Both the position numbers and the translations under genes were made by a program. A stretch of 64,000 nucleotides of DNA, taken from Parcubacteria group bacterium GW2011_GWC2_48_17 (lineage in GTDB: Bacteria; Patescibacteriota; Minisyncoccia; Phycocordibacterales; UBA10002). The stretch is taken from positions 1,811 through 65,810 of the forward strand of contig LCPL01000003.1 of assembly GCA_001003605.1 (NCBI GenBank), in the 5' to 3' direction. Positions 1-10,088 of this stretch are shown here, one piece after another (the first letter of the stretch is position 1; every line of letters starts with the position of its first letter). The notes under the pieces are model-generated. The model made no database searches. It saw only the letters and a list, made by a program, of their open reading frames with translations, and was not told where the DNA came from.

Positions 1-158
1 CTCATACCCGAGCCACTTTCGCAAATGCGAACGAGAAGGATGGTGCGAAGAGCTTCAAGGTTCTTTGCATTGTAGCCCACACCCTAGGACTAACAAGGGT
101 TGGTATTCACTCTCGTCCCAGAAAAGGATTTCTGCTGCGATGTGCTAATAGCTACGAC

Positions 159-196
159 GGACCCCTTGGCGGCTCAACTGCCCTGGGGCCTTTTTT
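159..196 (+). terminator. probable intrinsic terminator
   Basis: GGACCCC..GGCGG-CTCAA-CTGCC..GGGGCC hairpin followed by T6. Confidence 0.5.
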
Positions 197-276
197 GTAT
201 ATCGAGAGGTCAGTATCCGAGGTTTTGTCTCCGCATCCTGCGCGTAGCCCATTTTTTACGAGAATCTTGTGACCTG

Positions 277-285
277 TGATATAAT
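277..285 (+). promoter_or_regulatory. extended -10 promoter of ftsE
   Basis: TGaTATAAT. Confidence 0.6.
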
Positions 286-287
286 TT

Positions 288-346
288 CTAGAAGCTAGAA
301 GCTAGAAGCTAGAAGCTAGAAGCTAGAAGCTAGAAGCTAGAAGCTA
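288..346. repeat. perfect tandem heptamer (CTAGAAG)x8 plus CTA
   Basis: read directly; lies between the -10 box and the ftsE ATG. Confidence 0.97.
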
Positions 347-351
347 TCCCC

Positions 352-1029
352 ATGATTCACTTCGACAAAATTACCAAGAAATATAACGGATGCGTCGCGC
401 TTGATGAAATAAGCTTTACCGTTAAGCCGAAGGAATTCGTTTCCCTTGTTGGCCATTCAGGAGCGGGGAAAACTACACTCCTTAAGATGATTCTTGTAGA
501 AGAGCGTCCTTCAAGCGGCAGTATTCTTTTCGGGTCAGTCAATATCCACGCGCTGAAGCGCAATAAACTGCACAAATACCGCCGCAAAATCGGAGCGATA
601 TTTCAGGATTTTCGTCTGCTCCCAAATAAAACCGCGTTCGAAAACATAGCGTTTGCCATGGAGATGGCAGGGCGTAGCGATTCAGAAATCGCGGCAGATG
701 TTCCTTATGTTCTTGAAATGGTTGACCTTGGCGACAAAATGTGGAATTTCCCACGCGAGCTCTCTGGCGGGGAAAAACAGCGCGTGGCCATCGCGCGCGC
801 AATCGTAAACCAGCCAGATGTGGTCATTGCCGATGAACCAACCGGAAGTCTTGACCCCATAAATACCTATGAGATCGTGCAGATATTAAAAAAGATAAAC
901 GACCTAGGTACGACGGTGATTCTTACAACGCATAATAAGGGCGTCATAGATTCCTTGGGCAAGAGGGTCATCACCATGGAGAAAGGGAGAATTATCAGAG
1001 ATGACCCCACAGGAAGATATGTGTTGTAA
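352..1029 (+). CDS. ftsE: cell division ABC ATPase FtsE
   Basis: [31 protein letters not shown]; next to ftsX. Confidence 0.93.
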   Translation: MIHFDKITKKYNGCVALDEISFTVKPKEFVSLVGHSGAGKTTLLKMILVEERPSSGSILFGSVNIHALKRNKLHKYRRKIGAIFQDFRLLPNKTAFENIAFAMEMAGRSDSEIAADVPYVLEMVDLGDKMWNFPRELSGGEKQRVAIARAIVNQPDVVIADEPTGSLDPINTYEIVQILKKINDLGTTVILTTHNKGVIDSLGKRVITMEKGRIIRDDPTGRYVL

Positions 1030-1048
1030 GACAACACATATCTTCCGG

Positions 1049-1178
1049 AAATCCGAAGCACGAAATCCGAAATCCTAAACAAATCCCAATGAGCAAAATC
1101 AAAATCCAAGAATCGTGTATAATTTAGAAATTAGAATTTAGGTATTGTTTCGAATTTCGATATTCGGACTTCGAATTT
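1049..1178. repeat. 7-bp-periodic imperfect inverted repeat
   Basis: left arm AAATCCGAAGCACGAAATCCGAAATCCTAAACAA vs reverse complement of right arm AAATTCGAAGTCCGAATATCGAAATTCGAAACAA. Confidence 0.85.
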
Positions 1179-1187
1179 ACCATTCTT

Positions 1188-2114
1188 ATGGTTTGGACTA
1201 GCATAAAACGCGTCATTAAGGCAGGAGCCGTCAATTTCTATCGAAACGGTTTCGTTTCCCTCTCCTCCGTGTTTATCATGACGATAACGCTATTCGTGAT
1301 AGGAGGCGTAATTTTCCTTTCCGCGACGTTAAGCGCTTCTCTTGAAGAAATCAAAAGCAAAGTTGATGTGAATGTGTACTTTCAGACAAGCGCGAGCGAA
1401 GAAGAAATAACCGCGCTCAAGGGAATCCTCCTAAGGCTCCCAGAGGTGAAAGATGTGGAATATATCTCCCGCGAGCAGGCGCTCGAAAACTTTAAGAAGC
1501 GCCACGAAAATGACGAGCTGACGCTCCAAGCGCTCGAAGAACTTCCCGATAATCCGCTTGGGGCAGTGCTTAACATTCGCGCCAAAGAACCTTCAGAGTA
1601 TGAAGGCATCGCGAATTTCCTTAAGAGCGAAAACGCTCTTTCGAGCGGAAGCACCCCCATCATTGACGAGGTGAATTATTACGACCACAAAACGGCCATC
1701 GACAGGCTTTCAAACATCATACGTTCTGCGCAAACTCTCGGATTAGCGCTGGCGTTTTTGCTTGTGGTCGTTTCCATAAGCATCGCCTTCAACACCATCC
1801 GTTTGGCTATCTATATCTCCCGCGAAGAAATAGGAGTGATGCGCCTTGTCGGCGCGAGCGACAAATATATACGCGGGCCGTTCGTGGTTTCAGGCGTACT
1901 GTATGGCGTGAGTGCCGCGCTCATTACGCTTGCTCTCTTTTATCCACTCACGTATTATCTCGGAGACTCGACGGAGGATTTCTTCAGCGGGCTCAATGTG
2001 TTCCGTTACTATACCCTGCATTTCGGCGAATTTTTCCTTATCATCGCTGGTTCAGGCATTGCGCTTGGAGCTGTTTCAAGTTTTTTGGCGGTGAGGAGGT
2101 ATCTGAATGTGTAA
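1188..2114 (+). CDS. ftsX: cell division permease FtsX
   Basis: 4-TM layout, YISREQAL, NTIRLAIY..REEIGVMRLVGA. Confidence 0.93.
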   Translation: MVWTSIKRVIKAGAVNFYRNGFVSLSSVFIMTITLFVIGGVIFLSATLSASLEEIKSKVDVNVYFQTSASEEEITALKGILLRLPEVKDVEYISREQALENFKKRHENDELTLQALEELPDNPLGAVLNIRAKEPSEYEGIANFLKSENALSSGSTPIIDEVNYYDHKTAIDRLSNIIRSAQTLGLALAFLLVVVSISIAFNTIRLAIYISREEIGVMRLVGASDKYIRGPFVVSGVLYGVSAALITLALFYPLTYYLGDSTEDFFSGLNVFRYYTLHFGEFFLIIAGSGIALGAVSSFLAVRRYLNV

Positions 2115-2117
2115 TAC

Positions 2118-2245
2118 AAACTGCAGAAAACTCTAAACTCTAAACTCTAAACAAACTCAAAAATCAAAGTTAAAAGATTAAAATTTGAGTTTTGAAATTT
2201 GGACTTGGAACTTGATTAGAATTTAGAGTTTGGAGTTAAGAAATT
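2118..2245. repeat. 7-bp-periodic imperfect inverted repeat (AAACTCT type)
   Basis: (AAACTCT)3AAACAA.. on the left; TTAGAATTTAGAGTTTGGAGTT on the right. Confidence 0.8.
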
Positions 2246-2252
2246 ATCCAAA

Positions 2253-3938
2253 ATGTCCAAAAAGAATCATAAATACATCTTCGTCATCGGCGGTGTCATG
2301 TCTGGAGTCGGGAAAGGCGTGGCGACTTCTTCCATCGGCCTCATCCTCAAGTCCAAAGGGTTCAAGGTGAACCCGATTAAAGTTGACCCTTATCTTAATG
2401 TGGACGCCGGCACCATGAACCCCACCGAGCACGGTGAGGTTTTCGTTTTGGATTCCGGATTGGAGACCGACCAAGACATGGGGAATTATGAGCGGTTCAT
2501 GGAAATTAACCTCAAGAGTGAGGATTACATAACAAGCGGGATGGTGTACAAGCATGTTATTGAACGCGAGCGCTCGCTCGGCTATAAAGGGAAATGTGTT
2601 GAGGCAATCCCTCATATCACCGATGAAATCCGGCGGCGGATTGAGCGCGCTGCCGAGCAAAACGGCTCGGCCGTTTCGCTTATTGAGATCGGCGGGACGG
2701 TCGGGGACTATCAAAACATTTTGTTTATTGAGGCGGCGCGCGTTTTGAAACTCAAGCACCCGGGCGATGTTTTGTTTATTTTGGTAACTTTCCTGCCGAT
2801 CCCGTCTAAACTCGGCGAGATGAAGACCAAGCCGACTCAAAATGCCGTGAGGCAACTCAATTCCTACGGCGTCCAGCCGGATATCATCATTGCCCGGAGT
2901 TCGGCGCCGCTTGACGCCAAGCGGAAGGAAAAGCTCGCCATTTGGTGCAATGTGCCGGCCGAGGCGGTGATTTCCGCGCCGGATATAGATTCAATTTATG
3001 AAGTGCCGCTTAATTTTGAACGCGACAACCTCGGCGCCATTATATTGGAGCGCCTTGGCCTCAAGTCGCGCATTCGCCGCGACACGCTCGCCAAGTGGCG
3101 AAATTTTGTATCAAAAATTAGAAATCCCAAAGGCGAGGTGGAAATCGCTGTCGTTGGGAAGTACTTTGACACCGGCGACTTCATTCTCTCCGATGCCTAT
3201 ATTTCGGTCATTGAAGCAATAAAACATGCGTCGTATAAATTTGGGCTGAAACCAAACATCCACTGGCTTAATTCCAAACGATTTGAAACCGGCGACGAGC
3301 GGGTGGATTCTCTCAAAAAATACGACGGCGTGATTGTTCCCGGGGGCTTCGGCGAGACGGGTATAGAAGGGAAACTCAAAGTCATTGAATACGCGAGGAA
3401 AAACAAAATCCCGTACCTCGGGCTTTGTTACGGTATGCAGCTTATGTGTATAGAGTACGCGCGAAATGTGTTGGGGCTCAAAGACGCCAACACGACCGAA
3501 ATCAATCCGGAGGCGCCGCATAAAATCATTGACATCATGCCCGACCAGCGCAAAAAACTGGAGAAGGAAAATTACGGCGGCTCCATGCGCCTCGGCGCCT
3601 ACCCCGCGCATCTCTCTCCCGGCACCATCGCCTTCTCTGCATATTTTGGCTCCGGCAACTCAATGCTAAACGCTAAACGCTCAACGCTGATTCATGAGCG
3701 TCACCGCCACCGCTTTGAGGTGAATCCCGAGTACATAGAAAAACTCCAAGCCGGCGGCCTCGTCTTTTCCGGCAAATCGCCCGACGGCGTACTCATGGAA
3801 ATCGCCGAACTCCCTCGCAAAATCCACCCATTTTTCCTCGGCACGCAATTCCACCCCGAGCTCAAATCCCGCCCGCTCTCGCCCCATCCGCTTTTTGTTG
3901 AATTTATGAAATCCGCGCAAGCCAAGAAGAAAATATGA
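2253..3938 (+). CDS. pyrG: CTP synthase
   Basis: GGVMSGVGKG, DPYLNVDAGTMNP, KTKPTQ, GLCYGMQ, ERHRHRFE, QFHPE. Confidence 0.97.
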   Translation: MSKKNHKYIFVIGGVMSGVGKGVATSSIGLILKSKGFKVNPIKVDPYLNVDAGTMNPTEHGEVFVLDSGLETDQDMGNYERFMEINLKSEDYITSGMVYKHVIERERSLGYKGKCVEAIPHITDEIRRRIERAAEQNGSAVSLIEIGGTVGDYQNILFIEAARVLKLKHPGDVLFILVTFLPIPSKLGEMKTKPTQNAVRQLNSYGVQPDIIIARSSAPLDAKRKEKLAIWCNVPAEAVISAPDIDSIYEVPLNFERDNLGAIILERLGLKSRIRRDTLAKWRNFVSKIRNPKGEVEIAVVGKYFDTGDFILSDAYISVIEAIKHASYKFGLKPNIHWLNSKRFETGDERVDSLKKYDGVIVPGGFGETGIEGKLKVIEYARKNKIPYLGLCYGMQLMCIEYARNVLGLKDANTTEINPEAPHKIIDIMPDQRKKLEKENYGGSMRLGAYPAHLSPGTIAFSAYFGSGNSMLNAKRSTLIHERHRHRFEVNPEYIEKLQAGGLVFSGKSPDGVLMEIAELPRKIHPFFLGTQFHPELKSRPLSPHPLFVEFMKSAQAKKKI

Positions 3939-4201
3939 GCCGTGAAATTCATAAAAAAATCTGGCCGGAGTTTTTTGAGAAAGTTCTCTCTGGCGAAAAA
4001 CGCTTTGAACTCCGCATCGCCGATTTTGAGATTAGTCCGGGCGACACATTGATTTTAGAGGAGTGGAACCAGAACACCAAAAGCTACACCGGCCGCCGTC
4101 TCATAAAGAATGTTGGCTACATTCTCAAATCCGACCTAGACCAATTCGGCCAGCGCGCCCTCATCGAGAAACATGGCCTCTATGTGATTACCCTCGAGTA
4201 G
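3935..4201 (+). CDS. ASCH/DUF3850-like protein
   Basis: HKKIWPEFFEKVLSGEKRFELR..GD.LILEEW. Confidence 0.75.
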   Translation: MSREIHKKIWPEFFEKVLSGEKRFELRIADFEISPGDTLILEEWNQNTKSYTGRRLIKNVGYILKSDLDQFGQRALIEKHGLYVITLE

Positions 4202-4262
4202 GATTTTTCTTTCTCACATCTTTCCCGCACAATAGCCGTGAGAATTATTTTATAATGCAGTA

Positions 4263-4292
4263 TATTCTCTAATTCTCACGAATTAGAGAATA
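4263..4292. repeat. 30-bp palindrome, family A
   Basis: TATTCTCTAATTC-TCAC-GAATTAGAGAATA; identical copy at 4619-4648. Confidence 0.9.
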
Positions 4293-4361
4293 AGCGTAGA
4301 AAGGGGGATGGCCGCATACATAGTGGCGTGACAGGGTTGGCGGGATGATATACTGAGGCGT

Positions 4362-4628
4362 ATGGAACTCAAAGAACTTGAAAGACCGCTCAAAGCGCTC
4401 GCCAACAAACGGCGGTTGGCGATTTTGAGATTTCTCAAGAAAAACGGCGAGGCGAATGTAACGGAAATTGCGGAAGTTATCAAACTTTCAGTTAAGTCCA
4501 CCTCGCGGCATCTTTCCGTACTTTTTTCGGCCGATTTGGTTGACCGGCGTCAGCAAAGCTTGGAGGTATATTATTGGTGCGCACCTTCATTTCCACAGCC
4601 AATCAAGGGTATCCTCTCTATTCTCTAA
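4362..4628 (+). CDS. ArsR/SmtB family regulator
   Basis: LKALANKRRLAIL, SRHLSVL..ADLV. Confidence 0.88.
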   Translation: MELKELERPLKALANKRRLAILRFLKKNGEANVTEIAEVIKLSVKSTSRHLSVLFSADLVDRRQQSLEVYYWCAPSFPQPIKGILSIL

Positions 4629-4648
4629 TTCTCACGAATTAGAGAATA
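4619..4648. repeat. 30-bp palindrome, family A, overlapping the arsR-like stop codon
   Basis: identical to 4263-4292. Confidence 0.9.
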
Positions 4649-4681
4649 GATGTGCTGAGCATGGGTAACTACATAAAATAG

Positions 4682-5557
4682 ATGAGTATATCAGTTGGAA
4701 TTGGGCTGGCGTTTGTGGCGATGCTCTGTTGGGGCTTCGGCGATTTTCTCATTCAACGCTCCACCAGAAAAGTCGGAGATATTGAAGCGCTCTTTTTTGT
4801 AACCGCGTTCGGTGCGGTCGTGCTTTTCCCTTTCGTGTATAAGAATATTGGAGCGTTCTTTGCTTCTTCCGGCAGTACCCTTTTTGTTCTCGGTATTCTC
4901 TGCGTTGTTCTTCTCATCGCGGCGCTTTTTGATTTTGAAGCGCTTCGGGTAGGGAAGCTCGCGGTTGTGGAACCCATTTGGTCGTTTGAAGTTCCCGTCG
5001 CGGCTCTTCTCGCGTTTTTCATTCTTGGCGAACGGGTAACCTCGTTTCAGATATTTCTTGTTGTCGGATTGCTGATAGGCCTCGCGCTCGTGTCGCTGAA
5101 GAAGCCATTTCATATAAAGCACTTTTTGCTTGAACGAGGGACGCTCTTGGCGCTCCTCGGCGCCGTCTTTATGGGTGCCGCCAATTTTTTCATGGGTTGG
5201 GGAGCGCGGCTTTCCGACCCGATAATGGCGAATTTCGTAACAGATATTTTCATTGCTGGCGTTACCGGACTCATTTTGCTTTCACGCGGCAGGGTGCGGG
5301 ACACAATCCGCGACATAAACCAAAGCAGAGGCGTACTTCTACAAATGTCGGTTTCGGACAAAACGGCGTGGGTCGCGTTCGCGTTTGCGATGACGCTCGC
5401 GCCAATCGGAATCGTCGTCGCACTTTCTGAAAGCTACATCATTATCGCGGTTCTGCTCGGGCTCGCAATAAATCGCGAGCGCCTCGCGGCGCATCAAAAA
5501 GTTGGACTCGTCACCGCGATCGCCGCCGCGATAACACTGGCGGCGATTACCGTATAA
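4682..5557 (+). CDS. DMT/EamA family transporter
   Basis: about 10 TM in two repeats; WGFGDF, ILGERV. Confidence 0.82.
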   Translation: MSISVGIGLAFVAMLCWGFGDFLIQRSTRKVGDIEALFFVTAFGAVVLFPFVYKNIGAFFASSGSTLFVLGILCVVLLIAALFDFEALRVGKLAVVEPIWSFEVPVAALLAFFILGERVTSFQIFLVVGLLIGLALVSLKKPFHIKHFLLERGTLLALLGAVFMGAANFFMGWGARLSDPIMANFVTDIFIAGVTGLILLSRGRVRDTIRDINQSRGVLLQMSVSDKTAWVAFAFAMTLAPIGIVVALSESYIIIAVLLGLAINRERLAAHQKVGLVTAIAAAITLAAITV

Positions 5558-5604
5558 CTTTTGCGCCGCCACAGTGTTGTATTTTTGTTATACTTCCCCA
5601 TTAT

Positions 5605-6612
5605 ATGCCGCACGCACTAAACGACATTGCTCAAAGATTGCTCGCGCCTGGCAAAGGAATCCTCGCGGCGGACGAGAGTATGGGCACCTGCGACAAGCGG
5701 TTTGACAAGTATGGAATTCAAAAAACGCCCGAGATGCGGAGACAATGGCGGGAGCTTCTTTTCTCTACTCCCGAAATTGAAAAGGGGCTTTCAGGAGTAA
5801 TTCTTTTTGATGAGACAATTCGGCAGAAAACAAAAGACGGCGTCCCATTTGCAAAGTTTCTCGCGGCGCGCGGCATTCTCCCCGGCATCAAGGTTGACCA
5901 GAAAACCGAACCGCTGCCCGATTCCTTTCAAGAGGAGGTGACGAAGGGACTTGACGGCCTTTCTACGCGACTTTCCGAATACGCCAAGCTCGGAGCGAAG
6001 TTCACCAAATGGCGAGCGGTGATTCGCATCGGAGACAAGCTGCCCACCAAACAGTGCCTACACGAGAATGCCAAGCGTATGGCCGAGTACGCAGGAGAGA
6101 GTCAAATAGCCGGACTCGTCCCGATTATTGAGCCAGAGGTGTTGCTTCATGGTACGCACTCGCTTCTCCGAAGCGAAAAGGTGCTTACCGAGACGCTGTC
6201 TGCCGTATTTCAAGAGATACAAAAAGCAAAAGTCGCTCTTTCCGGTCTTATCTTAAAATCCAGCATGGCGCTTCCTGGAAATGAATCGGGCGAGAAAGCT
6301 TCCGCAAAGCAAATCGCCGAAGCCACCCTTCACGCATTTTTTTCCGCTGTGCCGAGTGAAGTTCCCGGCATTGTGTTTCTTTCCGGCGGACAAACTCCCG
6401 AGGAAGCAACCGTGCGCCTGAATGAAATAGTGAAAATGGCAAAAGAGCAGAATGCTCCCTGGCGCATCACATTTTCCTACTCGCGCGCGCTGCAGGACCC
6501 GGTACTTAAAGCGTGGCACGGCGATGAGAAAAATGTGCAAGCGGCCCGGGAAATCTTCAAAGAACGGGTGGAGGAAACCGCTAAAGCTTCCGAAGGGAGA
6601 TATACGGATTAA
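5605..6612 (+). CDS. class I fructose-bisphosphate aldolase
   Basis: GKGILAADES, KWRAVI, VPIIEPEV, FLSGGQ, FSYSRALQ. Confidence 0.95.
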   Translation: MPHALNDIAQRLLAPGKGILAADESMGTCDKRFDKYGIQKTPEMRRQWRELLFSTPEIEKGLSGVILFDETIRQKTKDGVPFAKFLAARGILPGIKVDQKTEPLPDSFQEEVTKGLDGLSTRLSEYAKLGAKFTKWRAVIRIGDKLPTKQCLHENAKRMAEYAGESQIAGLVPIIEPEVLLHGTHSLLRSEKVLTETLSAVFQEIQKAKVALSGLILKSSMALPGNESGEKASAKQIAEATLHAFFSAVPSEVPGIVFLSGGQTPEEATVRLNEIVKMAKEQNAPWRITFSYSRALQDPVLKAWHGDEKNVQAAREIFKERVEETAKASEGRYTD

Positions 6613-6785
6613 AACACAAAACACAGTACACAAAAATCCAAACCCCGAAGGACACAAGGTGCCTACGGGGCAGGCAAAACACAAATCAACAAATAAGCAG
6701 AACAAAGAAGAAAACATAGTGCCGCGTTTTGTGGTTTGAAGAGTTTGGATTTTGTCTGGTCTTTTGTGCAGTTTGTGGTTTGGTT
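6612..6785. repeat. AAAACAC-type periodic inverted repeat with a GC palindrome inserted at about 6643-6676
   Basis: AAAACACAAAACACAGTACACAAAAATCCAAAC.. on the left; TTTGGATTTTGTCTGG..TTTGTG on the right. Confidence 0.75.
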
Positions 6786-6798
6786 AATTTAGCCTTTC

Positions 6799-7563
6799 AT
6801 GGATTTACTTGATGTCGCGATTACAGCGGCGAAAAAGGGAGGGGAAGCAGTGTTGCGCCATTTTGAAACGTCTGTTGAACGCCGTGTCAAAACCGACAAA
6901 AGCTTTGTAACGGCGGCCGATACGGAAGCCGAATCCGTGATCCTCAAAGAAATCAAGAACGCCTTTCCCAATCACAGCATTTTGAGCGAGGAAAGCGGCG
7001 CGGAAAAACAACACTCACCCTACGAATGGATTATTGACCCGCTTGACGGCACCGCGAATTTTGTAAACGGGATTCCGCTGTTCGCCGTTTCTATAGCGAT
7101 ACTCAAGAACGGAGCGCCGGTTGCCGGCGTCGTGTATCAACCGGTCGGGCACTCTCTCTACACCGCCGAGAAAGGGAAAGGAACATGTTGGAACGGCAAA
7201 CAGGTAAAAGTGTCGGACGGCGACAAAGAACACGCAATGATTACGTTTGCTCCGGGTAAAAGAGAAAAGAAACGATTGAACGCGCTCTTTGGCGCGGCGG
7301 AACAGTTTGTCAAATCAAAACGCTATTTGGGATGTGCCGCGCTTGATCTTGCCTATGTAGCGCGCGGCGGGACGGAGGGTGTTTTCTTTTTGGGGCTCAA
7401 TAAATGGGACTATGCCGCGGGAGTGCTTCTCGTGCAGGAGGCCGGAGGAAAGATTACCGATTTTTCCGGCGCTCCGTGGGTGTTCGGTTCAAGCGACTTC
7501 TTCGTCGCTTCAAACGAGGAGGCGCATAACGACCTTCTCAAACTTGCCGCGACAATTTCCTAA
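6799..7563 (+). CDS. inositol monophosphatase / FBPase family
   Basis: ILSEE, WIIDPLDGTANF, WDYAAG. Confidence 0.92.
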   Translation: MDLLDVAITAAKKGGEAVLRHFETSVERRVKTDKSFVTAADTEAESVILKEIKNAFPNHSILSEESGAEKQHSPYEWIIDPLDGTANFVNGIPLFAVSIAILKNGAPVAGVVYQPVGHSLYTAEKGKGTCWNGKQVKVSDGDKEHAMITFAPGKREKKRLNALFGAAEQFVKSKRYLGCAALDLAYVARGGTEGVFFLGLNKWDYAAGVLLVQEAGGKITDFSGAPWVFGSSDFFVASNEEAHNDLLKLAATIS

Positions 7564-7671
7564 ATCTTTCGGCACGCGGGCCTCAATAGTTCGCCGCCTC
7601 CGCTCCCCCTAGTTCAACAGTTGTGAAAAGGCATTTTTTGTATTAGTGTACAGTGAGAAACATGTACGCCA

Positions 7672-7878
7672 ATGAAATTTCAAGAAATACCCAGCACTCT
7701 CCCATTGCTCCGCGCGAGAAAAGAAAATGGAAAGTGGCACAAGCAGCAATGCGCGGAATGCGGTACCGTCCGTGTAGGTCCGGCCCTTACGGCAAAAACC
7801 GCCAATCTTCCATGGACTATAACGCATTGCAAAAGCGACAGTTGTATCCGCGAGACCGTCCACTATCAAGTTCCTTGA
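7672..7878 (+). CDS. small hypothetical protein, possible Zn-ribbon
   Basis: CAEC..HCKSDSC; overlapping alternative frames exist. Confidence 0.3.
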   Translation: MKFQEIPSTLPLLRARKENGKWHKQQCAECGTVRVGPALTAKTANLPWTITHCKSDSCIRETVHYQVP

Positions 7879-8314
7879 GCGATTTGCCGGCGGATACACT
7901 TCCTATCCGCCGGCATTCTCTTTTCATGAGTTACGCCAATCTTCTGAAAGAAATTGTGATGCAAAAAACAAAAGAGAATGGCGCACAGTAAATTGTGCGC
8001 CGAGAACACCAGCTGACTTTCGCTAGCTGCGTGGCGGCTTCGTGGGTTTTGGCACTGCGAGTCTTGGGAGCTCGGGCTTGGGGAGCACTTTCGATCGCGA
8101 AGAGAATTCGGGTGTTTCGGCGGGCTTTTCCAGCGGTTCAGAAGATTTCCTGTTTTCAATTTTAGTATCATGCATAGGTGCGCCTTTCACATTCTCCATA
8201 TATCCTATCCTTTTTTAGCCGCACATTCTACTGAAATGCAGTTGAACAATCTCTGATTTTCCAGTATCGTTATAACACACTAACAGCTGAAAGCCAGGAG
8301 CCCCCAGCTGATAT

Positions 8315-8388
8315 TGCGGGATCATCTAATGGTAGGATACATGACTCTGAATCATGTCATCTTGGTTCGAATCCAAGTCCCGCAGCCA
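8315..8388 (+). tRNA. tRNA-Gln(CTG)
   Basis: TGCGGGA/TCCCGCA acceptor, CATGA-CTCTGAA-TCATG anticodon arm, TTCGAAT T loop, encoded CCA. Confidence 0.96.
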
Positions 8389-8750
8389 CAAATGAGTTAA
8401 GCTTTTTGGGGGCTGTGTCGCCTGAACAAAATCCGAACTTTTTATCAAAACAATCCGACTAACGACTAATCGCACGCTCCGCATGCGTGGTGGCTTGAGA
8501 TTGAATCGTACGCTCGGATTGCGTGGTGACTCTAACCATTCCGCCCAACGCCTCGCAGAGCCTCGGCGTGTCACGGATATTTTCCTGCTGGAAAATTCCG
8601 CGACCCCGACTCGGCGCCGTCGCGCCTCCGTCTCTGAAACGCTCCGAGCACTCGCGCTTCAGCGCCATCGCCTTTTGCCTCTTCTCCATTCTTATTTTTT
8701 TCGCTGGGGGGGGATTTGAATTGGAATGCGTGGCAAAAAAGCGGGGCGGG

Positions 8751-9140
8751 CTATTTTTTGTTAAAGCGCTTAAAGTAGACATCGATTTCATCGCGAAGCT
8801 CAATACCAACTCTCTCAAAGCAGTCGAGTAAATCCTTGTAGGTATTTTTACCGCCGAGGAAATCCCAAAACTCGTCTGCTACCTTAAGCTCATTTTCAAG
8901 ATCGAGCATTCCCCGCATTGTCCAACGAGTATATGGTTCTGGTTCGTAGGGATTGTACGGAATCGCAATAAAAGTATTTATATTCGCATCCGGTTTATTT
9001 GCCAAAACAACAGCAACCCATTCAAGCAAGGTGCGTTTAAGCTCTTTAAACCCACCGGCATTTGGTTTTGCAGTTTTAATATCAAACAAGAAATACGCAC
9101 CATCTTTTGATTCAAACATTAAATCAAATTTTATTTTAGT
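8751..9140 (-). pseudogene. C-terminal fragment of a TdeIII-family type II restriction endonuclease
   Basis: DLMF..DIKTAKPN, IAIPYNPYEPEPY, EFWDFLGG; N-terminal half absent. Confidence 0.65.
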
Positions 9141-9336
9141 TATTTTTGTCAATGGCCTCTTCAATCGCGGATTTTAGAGTTATATCCATTACAAATGATA
9201 ATCCCGATTCAACACATTTTTCCGCAGTATACAATTCATCGTCATTTAATTTTCTGCCAATTCTTTTAAGGGCATCATTTTGCAAATCCCCAATTGTTAT
9301 TGGGTAAATCACTTTCATATTTTCTCGAGTTTTCAT
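9136..9336 (-). CDS. small hypothetical protein of the R-M cassette
   Basis: 66-aa ORF whose start overlaps the REase stop; AT-rich. Confidence 0.6.
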   Translation of the reverse strand: MKTRENMKVIYPITIGDLQNDALKRIGRKLNDDELYTAEKCVESGLSFVMDITLKSAIEEAIDKNN

Positions 9337-10088
9337 ATTTTTATTTTTTTTATTATCCTTTTAAATCCTGAATTATACTCGACCAGCTTTTCCCAATTTA
9401 TTTTTCCATCGTCACAAAATTTCTGCGAAAATTCTAAAGTCAGTTTGTTTATTATTTGAGCATAATTCTCAGCGAATTCCTCATTTTTCTCTCTTGCTTC
9501 GTAACCAATCGGTTCAACGATATCTATGTATAATTTTTCATCCCCAGAAATAAGTTCCCAAAACTGTTGCCCGCATAATTTTAAATAACCACCCTTGTCC
9601 GGTTTATTGTCCTTACCAAAACAACACCCATTTACAGCAATGACTTTTTTGCCAGTTTTTGCCCGCATCAATTTTTTTGCATTTGCAAAATTAATTTTAA
9701 GCTGGCGGATTTGACTTGAATTGCCCCAGTTCCAGCCCGCTTTGATTTCAACAACATAAATTACTCCATCTTTTTCAAATTCTAGATCAATACCTGTTAA
9801 TTCTGATTTTTTTGCGCCATATACTTTGTCGCAAACAAAAATAGCCAGACCCTCGATAAAATCACCAAATAATGTTTCCTCTTGAGATTGCAAAAAAGCA
9901 TCCAAAAATCCCTTGATTAAATCCTGAGCCGTCAAAACATTCTTGGCTCTGAAAAGGTAGGGGTTTTTCTGTTTCAGAATCTTGAACAAATCAACTTTGT
10001 TTTGCACATAATCCAGCCTCCTTTGGTGAAAGATTGAAATGTGTTTCTCTACATATTTATAAATTTCTTGTAAGTTAAATTTTTTCAT
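9333..10088 (-). CDS. type II restriction endonuclease (PmeII/EcoO109I-like)
   Basis: KNPYLFRAKN, EETLFGDF.E, GIDLEF..EIK.G.NWGNSSQ; coupled to an MTase. Confidence 0.75.
   Translation of the reverse strand: MKKFNLQEIYKYVEKHISIFHQRRLDYVQNKVDLFKILKQKNPYLFRAKNVLTAQDLIKGFLDAFLQSQEETLFGDFIEGLAIFVCDKVYGAKKSELTGIDLEFEKDGVIYVVEIKAGWNWGNSSQIRQLKINFANAKKLMRAKTGKKVIAVNGCCFGKDNKPDKGGYLKLCGQQFWELISGDEKLYIDIVEPIGYEAREKNEEFAENYAQIINKLTLEFSQKFCDDGKINWEKLVEYNSGFKRIIKKIKI

Noticed and set aside
1-158. Structured ncRNA or gene end at the window start
   Set aside because: No family motif was recognised, and two frames are open so none can be chosen.
8023-8199. 58-aa Pro/Lys-rich minus-strand ORF
   Set aside because: Plausible but has no motif support; left uncalled.
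8326-8574. Minus-strand ORF ending WLRDLDSNQDDMIQSHVSYH
   Set aside because: That tail is the antisense translation of tRNA-Gln; no recombinase motifs are recognisable.
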